From: a bacterium
GTDB lineage: Bacteria > Zhuqueibacterota > Zhuqueibacteria > Residuimicrobiales > Krinioviventaceae
NCBI GenBank assembly: GCA_963675755.2
Contig: CAXXMD010000003.1
Coordinates: forward strand, 896,001-960,000
Reading direction: 5' to 3'
Length of the DNA: 64,000 bases
Shown piece by piece: positions 59,131 to 64,000 of the stretch. The translations under genes were made by a program, and so were the position numbers. The first letter of the stretch is position 1; every line of letters starts with the position of its first letter. The notes under the pieces are model-generated. The model did no database searches. It had not been told where the DNA came from and was given only the letters and a program-made list of their open reading frames with translations.

Positions 59131-59182
59131 TTTTCACTTGATTATTTGTCAAAAAATGTCTAAGTAATAAAAATTTGCAATT
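59131..59182 (+). repeat. 52-bp direct repeat, right copy, in the promoter position of the downstream gene
   Basis: 51/52 identity to 57242-57293; ends 22 nt before ATG 59205. Confidence 0.9.
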
Positions 59183-59204
59183 TCCCACAAACCAGAGGTC
59201 AATC

Positions 59205-60191
59205 ATGAAACGTATTCTTGTTGTATTGTTGCTATTTTTCACAGTAATGGGATACGCGCAGAAAACACCCACGGGCAATCCCAAAGATTTTAAAGTCAAA
59301 ACCTGTCTGCACTCGGTCAGCTATGCCGGAGTGTGGCGCGGTCAGACACAGTTAACTGTTGACGAGTTTCTGGTCAAAGCCAAAGAACTGGGTTACGACG
59401 GTGTCATGCTGGTGGCCAAACGCCCCCATGTATCCATTATTGATTATGATCAAGCGGCCCGCAAAAAACTCAAAGCCCGTATAGAAGAACTGGGCCTTGA
59501 ACTGGTTGCCCTTGCCGGTTATACCGATTACACAGCCGGCATCGACAAGCCCGGCATCCCCCATACCGAGATCCAGGCCGCATACGTAGGTGAACTGGCA
59601 AAACTGGCCAAAGATCTGGGCACCAATATGGTCCGCATCTTTACCGGATACGAAAGACCCGGTATCCCCTACGACAAGCAATACGCCATGGTATTGGAAG
59701 GATTAAGAGAATCAGGCAAACGCGCGGCAGAGTACGGCGTAACCCTGGTGGTGCAAAACCATCACGATATTGCCCTGCATCACGATGCCATGTACTGGCT
59801 GCTCAAAGAGGTCAATATGCCCAACGTCATGTCCGGCTGGGATGCCTGGTCGCCCACACTGGAAGGCTTGAGCAAAGAAGAAATCCGCGAATCCATCCTG
59901 AAAATGAAACCGTTTATCGTCAATACCATTGCCGCGGATTATATCACCATGCCCCGCTACCATTACGAAAACCACCTCACCAATTATATTGCCGAAAAAC
60001 CGGTCATGCGTGCGGTCCCCATGGGCACCGGCGTTATCGATTATGAGAACTTTATCGGTACTTTGAAGGAAATCGGCTACCAGGGCTATATTGTCTATGA
60101 AATGTGCGAAGTTTTGGATGGCGGCGGTTCTATGGAAAATCTCGACAAAACCGCCAAGGCTTTTTTGGATTATGTCAAAAAATTTGAATAA
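59205..60191 (+). CDS. Sugar phosphate isomerase/epimerase (xylose isomerase-like TIM barrel) with signal peptide
   Basis: AKELGYDGV, LAKDLG...VRIFTG, GVTLVVQNHHD, VPMGTGVIDY...L.EIGYQGYIVYE; GAGG RBS. Confidence 0.85.
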   Translation: MKRILVVLLLFFTVMGYAQKTPTGNPKDFKVKTCLHSVSYAGVWRGQTQLTVDEFLVKAKELGYDGVMLVAKRPHVSIIDYDQAARKKLKARIEELGLELVALAGYTDYTAGIDKPGIPHTEIQAAYVGELAKLAKDLGTNMVRIFTGYERPGIPYDKQYAMVLEGLRESGKRAAEYGVTLVVQNHHDIALHHDAMYWLLKEVNMPNVMSGWDAWSPTLEGLSKEEIRESILKMKPFIVNTIAADYITMPRYHYENHLTNYIAEKPVMRAVPMGTGVIDYENFIGTLKEIGYQGYIVYEMCEVLDGGGSMENLDKTAKAFLDYVKKFE

Positions 60192-60542
60192 CAGCGACTG
60201 ATTTGAAAATCCTGCCGTTACATATCACTTTTTACGGCAGGATTTTCAATTTTACAACGTTCTTTACCCCTAAACAACCCCATTTTCTCAATTCCCGTTT
60301 TGCAATAAACAATGATTTTACGTATATTAACCCGAATTTTTCAGCGAAACATCTGTTTGGAGATCTGCCGCCTCTGGTTCCTGTTTTTCCAAGAATCTGC
60401 GTTTTCTGCACAATGACGGTATTGATATATTCAATTTCATGGGAAACAGGCCAACATAAAACAATTCCACATCCGGAGCAGTTTAATCCCAAATAAAGGT
60501 TAATCAACAACATATTTTGTTGTACCTATAAAGGAAATTGAT

Positions 60543-62900
60543 ATTAAAAAATTATATATATACATATTTCTCATCTTTTCTCATTCACTTTTTGCAGGTA
60601 CGCAAAAGCTGGACACCCGGCTGCAATACCTGTTATGGGCGTCTGAGCAAACCCAATCCGCATTGCAAAAAGCGGGTCATAACAAAATCGCCATTTCCAT
60701 CCGCACTTGCTCCAATGTACCTGCCGATTTTGTACAGCAATGGGAAAGCCGGGGTGTGTTTTTTGAAAAGATAAACCAGTCACCCCTGCATTTGGGTGGT
60801 ATTTATAAAGCTTATACACCTGTTGACCTGCTTGCTGCATTACAAATGGATGAAAATATCCTCTCCATCGAGTATGCAGGGCTAGAAGACCGTCATAAAT
60901 GCCTGAATAAAAGTGCGGCAATCATTCAAGCTGACCAGTGCTGGGTACAATACGACAGCAATTCAAACCCAATCACCGGTAAAAGCATTACTATTGGTGT
61001 TGCCGATGATCCCCCGGATATATTTCATCCCCTGTTTTTCCGCGCAGATGACGACACCCTGGATTGGACCGATGTCAATCAAAACGGACAATTTGACGGC
61101 GGAACAGACGGCATTGATCTGGATGACAACGGAACGATTGATGCGGATGAAGTTCTGCAATATATCAATGCCCCGGTTCTGGATTACTGGGAACTGTTTG
61201 AGGAAACACAGGATGCGTACGAACCTCAATATGACTGGCTGTTTATTGACAGCAACAACAATGGAATACGTGATTATGGTACATCCGCAGGATTTACAGA
61301 AACCGATCCGGCTTATGGTGAACCACTCTTAATCTGTATCGATACAAATCAAAACAACCGGTTAAATACCAATGAACCGCTGGTACAATTGGGCACCTCA
61401 AAAATCAAGGCCATCCGGGTCTATCTTGGATTGGATGAAAATAGCAATCCTGTATACAGAGTTCTTGAGCGCGGTGTGGACCTGATAGAGCTGAGCACCT
61501 TTAATTCGCATGGCACTTCCGTTGGCGGTATTCTTGCCGGAGGCTGGCCGGGTGTTAATGCGTTAACCGGTATAGCGCCCGATGCGGATCTGGTTTACGG
61601 TACGCTTGAATATCTGGCGGAAACGGATGTAGACCTGGTTATGTATGAACAAGGCTGGTACTCGCAGGAATTTCTGGACGGCTCTTCACATGAAGAGATC
61701 ATGATGGATTCGCTTGCGGCCAGGGGTGTCATTCCGGTAGTGCCTTCCGGGAATATGAACCTGGCTGATGTTCACATGGAAGCAGATATCCCGCCAAATG
61801 ATTCCATCTCCTTCACCGTTACCTGGCCCATCATTCAGGACAATAATGGAATCCCTTTCTTTTTGTCATTCCTGTTCACAGATCAGGATTCCCTGTTTGA
61901 TTTCAGCCTTTTATCTCCTGACGGACAGTATTTCAAACTCGATGCATCCTCACAGATAACTCCTTCCATGCTCTTTAATATCTGGACCACGCATCAACAA
62001 TCTGAGCGCGGCACAGACCGGTACGATATTGTTTTGTACAGACTCAACCGGGTGGGAAGTGACTGGACAATAACCATAAAAAATCCTTCCAACCTCACAA
62101 GACATCTGGATGGTTACGTTTATGATCCACGTTTTAGCTGGGCACATGGTGCATTTTTTAATGACTATGCAACAAAAAACGCCACAGTCACACTACCTGC
62201 CACAGCAGACAGCGCGTTGACCGTTGGCTCTTTTAACATCCGGACCACCAATCAACCTGACGGCGAGTTGTCAAATTTCAGTGGCATAGGGCCAAGAATC
62301 AATGGTATGGAATGTGTAGATATCACCGCACCGGGCAAGCTGATTTTTACCCCAGACATAAACACCCGTTATCCACAATTCAGCGGAGGTTACAGAAGCG
62401 TTGAAGGCACCAGTTTTTCCGGCCCGCATGCAGCAGGAGCAATTGCGTTAATGCTGCAAATAGATTCTACACTCTCTGTCGCCCAAATCAGATCATATCT
62501 GGCACAAGGCGCCTTGCAGGATGAATTCACCGGCTCAACACCCAACATTGCCTGGGGTGGTGGTAAGCTGCAAATATTCAACACGTTAAAGGCCATGCCG
62601 CAAACCATAACAGGTATTGAGCCCGGGAAAGCACCCAAAACCACTCTGTTGGTTCAGAATTACCCCAATCCTTTCAATAATGGTACTACAATAGCCTACC
62701 AACTCGTAAAACCTTCCCACGTCAACATTGAAATCTATAATATTGCGGGTCAACGGATTGATCATTTGTATAATGGCACCCAAACCGCAGGCAATTATGA
62801 ATTGATATGGCAGGCCGCAGCCCATCCATCCGGAATCTATTTTATACGTCTCGAAACAAACAGCAATATTATTATTAAAAAATGTACTTTGCTCCGTTAA
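60543..62900 (+). CDS. S8 (subtilisin-family) serine peptidase with C-terminal secretion/Ig domain
   Basis: Triad motifs GVADD, HGTSVGG and GTSFSGP; PSGN oxyanion; QNYPNPFN...SGIYF tail. The frame is open upstream of the track start (60663) and includes a signal peptide from ATT 60543, so the start is uncertain. Confidence 0.85.
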   Translation: MKKLYIYIFLIFSHSLFAGTQKLDTRLQYLLWASEQTQSALQKAGHNKIAISIRTCSNVPADFVQQWESRGVFFEKINQSPLHLGGIYKAYTPVDLLAALQMDENILSIEYAGLEDRHKCLNKSAAIIQADQCWVQYDSNSNPITGKSITIGVADDPPDIFHPLFFRADDDTLDWTDVNQNGQFDGGTDGIDLDDNGTIDADEVLQYINAPVLDYWELFEETQDAYEPQYDWLFIDSNNNGIRDYGTSAGFTETDPAYGEPLLICIDTNQNNRLNTNEPLVQLGTSKIKAIRVYLGLDENSNPVYRVLERGVDLIELSTFNSHGTSVGGILAGGWPGVNALTGIAPDADLVYGTLEYLAETDVDLVMYEQGWYSQEFLDGSSHEEIMMDSLAARGVIPVVPSGNMNLADVHMEADIPPNDSISFTVTWPIIQDNNGIPFFLSFLFTDQDSLFDFSLLSPDGQYFKLDASSQITPSMLFNIWTTHQQSERGTDRYDIVLYRLNRVGSDWTITIKNPSNLTRHLDGYVYDPRFSWAHGAFFNDYATKNATVTLPATADSALTVGSFNIRTTNQPDGELSNFSGIGPRINGMECVDITAPGKLIFTPDINTRYPQFSGGYRSVEGTSFSGPHAAGAIALMLQIDSTLSVAQIRSYLAQGALQDEFTGSTPNIAWGGGKLQIFNTLKAMPQTITGIEPGKAPKTTLLVQNYPNPFNNGTTIAYQLVKPSHVNIEIYNIAGQRIDHLYNGTQTAGNYELIWQAAAHPSGIYFIRLETNSNIIIKKCTLLR

Positions 62901-63104
62901 TATTGAATAACATTCATTATTTTGAAACCCACCTTCTTTTTTCTCCGTATATAAAATAAATCAACAAACCTTTCTGACATTGTAACCTTTTATCGGGATC
63001 ACGGTTTATATAAAAGACAATGCACTTGTAATGGTTCTCTTGCAAACCATTTTCACTCCGGATTGTCTAAAATTATAACCATATCCTAATATACGGAGAA
63101 TTTC

Positions 63105-64000
63105 ATGCATTTGGTCAGACCGGTTATACGGGCCATTCTGCTTTTACTGATCCCATTTTCTTGTTCTTTTGCCCTGTTTAATACAAATGATACCACCAAA
63201 ACAGCCTTGATAGTACCCAGAATCAACTCGGATATAAAAATAGACGCAGTACTGGACGAACCCTATTGGCAGGATGCACTGGTTATTGAGGCCAATATTG
63301 AAGTGCGTCCCGGTGAGAACATTCCTGCCCCGGTTCAGACAGAAGCATTAATCATGTACGATGATGAAAATCTCTATTGCGGTTTTCGATGTTATGATCC
63401 CGAGCCGGAAAAGATCCGAGCTCATTTTTGTGACCGTGACGATATTTGGGATGATGACTGGATTCTGATATTGTTTGACACCTTTAACGACAATCAACGG
63501 AGTTATGATTTTTTCAGCAATCCGTATGGCATTCAGGCAGACGAAATAGAGAGTTCTGCCGGTGGAGGCGGTTCGTGGGATGCAATCTGGAATTCACACG
63601 GAAGAATTACAGACGAAGGCTATATTGTAGAAATGTCCATACCTTTCAGTTCATTGGGTTTCCAGCGCAGTCCGGAAGACCAGATATGGGGTGTGGATAT
63701 TGTTCGAAGTTATCCCAGGAATGTACGTCACCATATTGGCGCGTTTCCGCGCGACCGCGATAATAACTGTTATTTGTGCCAGGCCATAAAGCTGGTTGGG
63801 TTCAAAGGCGCCAAACCGGGACGGGATATAGAACTGGCCCCTACCCTATCCGGCATTCACAGTTCCGAACGTGAAGACGGTATCCATACACCCATGCAGT
63901 TAAAATCCCGAGAAATGGAAGCGGGTTTAACCGCAAGGTTCGGTCTGACTCCAAATCTGATTATGAACGGCACAATTAATCCCGATTTTTCGCAGGTTGA
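63105..64000 (+). CDS. CBM9-like/DUF5916 domain protein, runs off the right edge
   Basis: Not in the ORF track; translated manually from ATG 63105 (GGAG RBS): signal peptide, KIDAVLDEPYW, YDDENLY, DTFND...NPYGIQAD, WDAIW, EMSIPFSSL, TINPDFSQVE. Confidence 0.85.
   Translation, partial: MHLVRPVIRAILLLLIPFSCSFALFNTNDTTKTALIVPRINSDIKIDAVLDEPYWQDALVIEANIEVRPGENIPAPVQTEALIMYDDENLYCGFRCYDPEPEKIRAHFCDRDDIWDDDWILILFDTFNDNQRSYDFFSNPYGIQADEIESSAGGGGSWDAIWNSHGRITDEGYIVEMSIPFSSLGFQRSPEDQIWGVDIVRSYPRNVRHHIGAFPRDRDNNCYLCQAIKLVGFKGAKPGRDIELAPTLSGIHSSEREDGIHTPMQLKSREMEAGLTARFGLTPNLIMNGTINPDFSQV

Noticed and set aside
57242-59182. Classical integron with attC cassettes
   Set aside because: No intI in the window, no conserved RYYYAAC/GTTRRRY ends, and the palindrome lacks the extrahelical bases typical of attC.

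Overview
Bacterial chromosome segment of roughly 40% GC. The gene content (YPNP-type C-terminal secretion/FlgD-Ig domains, TonB receptors, a group II GGGP synthase) suggests an FCB-superphylum organism such as KSB1 or Calditrichota; this is inference, not a search result. 1-31.9 kb is a minus-strand housekeeping block: CoA-activase, rnr, PMM/PGM, prmC-prfA-rpmE-rho, folC, a sigma54 response regulator, hflX, GGGP synthase, alaS, pgpA-cinA-thpR-recA-recX, dnaX-ybaB-recR, SRP RNA, four tRNAs and tadA. 32-47 kb is accessory: a GYF_2-MinD/FlhG fusion, an internally duplicated operon (2 lipoproteins, 2 TonB-dependent receptors, 2 paralogous secreted proteins) and, facing it, two tandem VIT + TonB-C fusion genes. 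47.6-55.1 kb is a molybdo-flavoenzyme cluster (xdhC, mocA, a divergent moeA, PaoABC-like subunits, a small 4-Cys protein). 55.5-59.2 kb is AT-rich and contains a 1.9-kb segment bounded by 52-bp direct repeats, with three 31-bp palindromes alternating with orphan ORFs. The window ends with a TIM-barrel protein, an S8 peptidase that probably starts at ATT, and a partial CBM9/DUF5916 gene. The best candidates for undescribed biology are the duplicated TonB-receptor/VIT-TonB locus and the palindrome-punctuated cassette island. All family calls come from motif recognition only; no database search was run.
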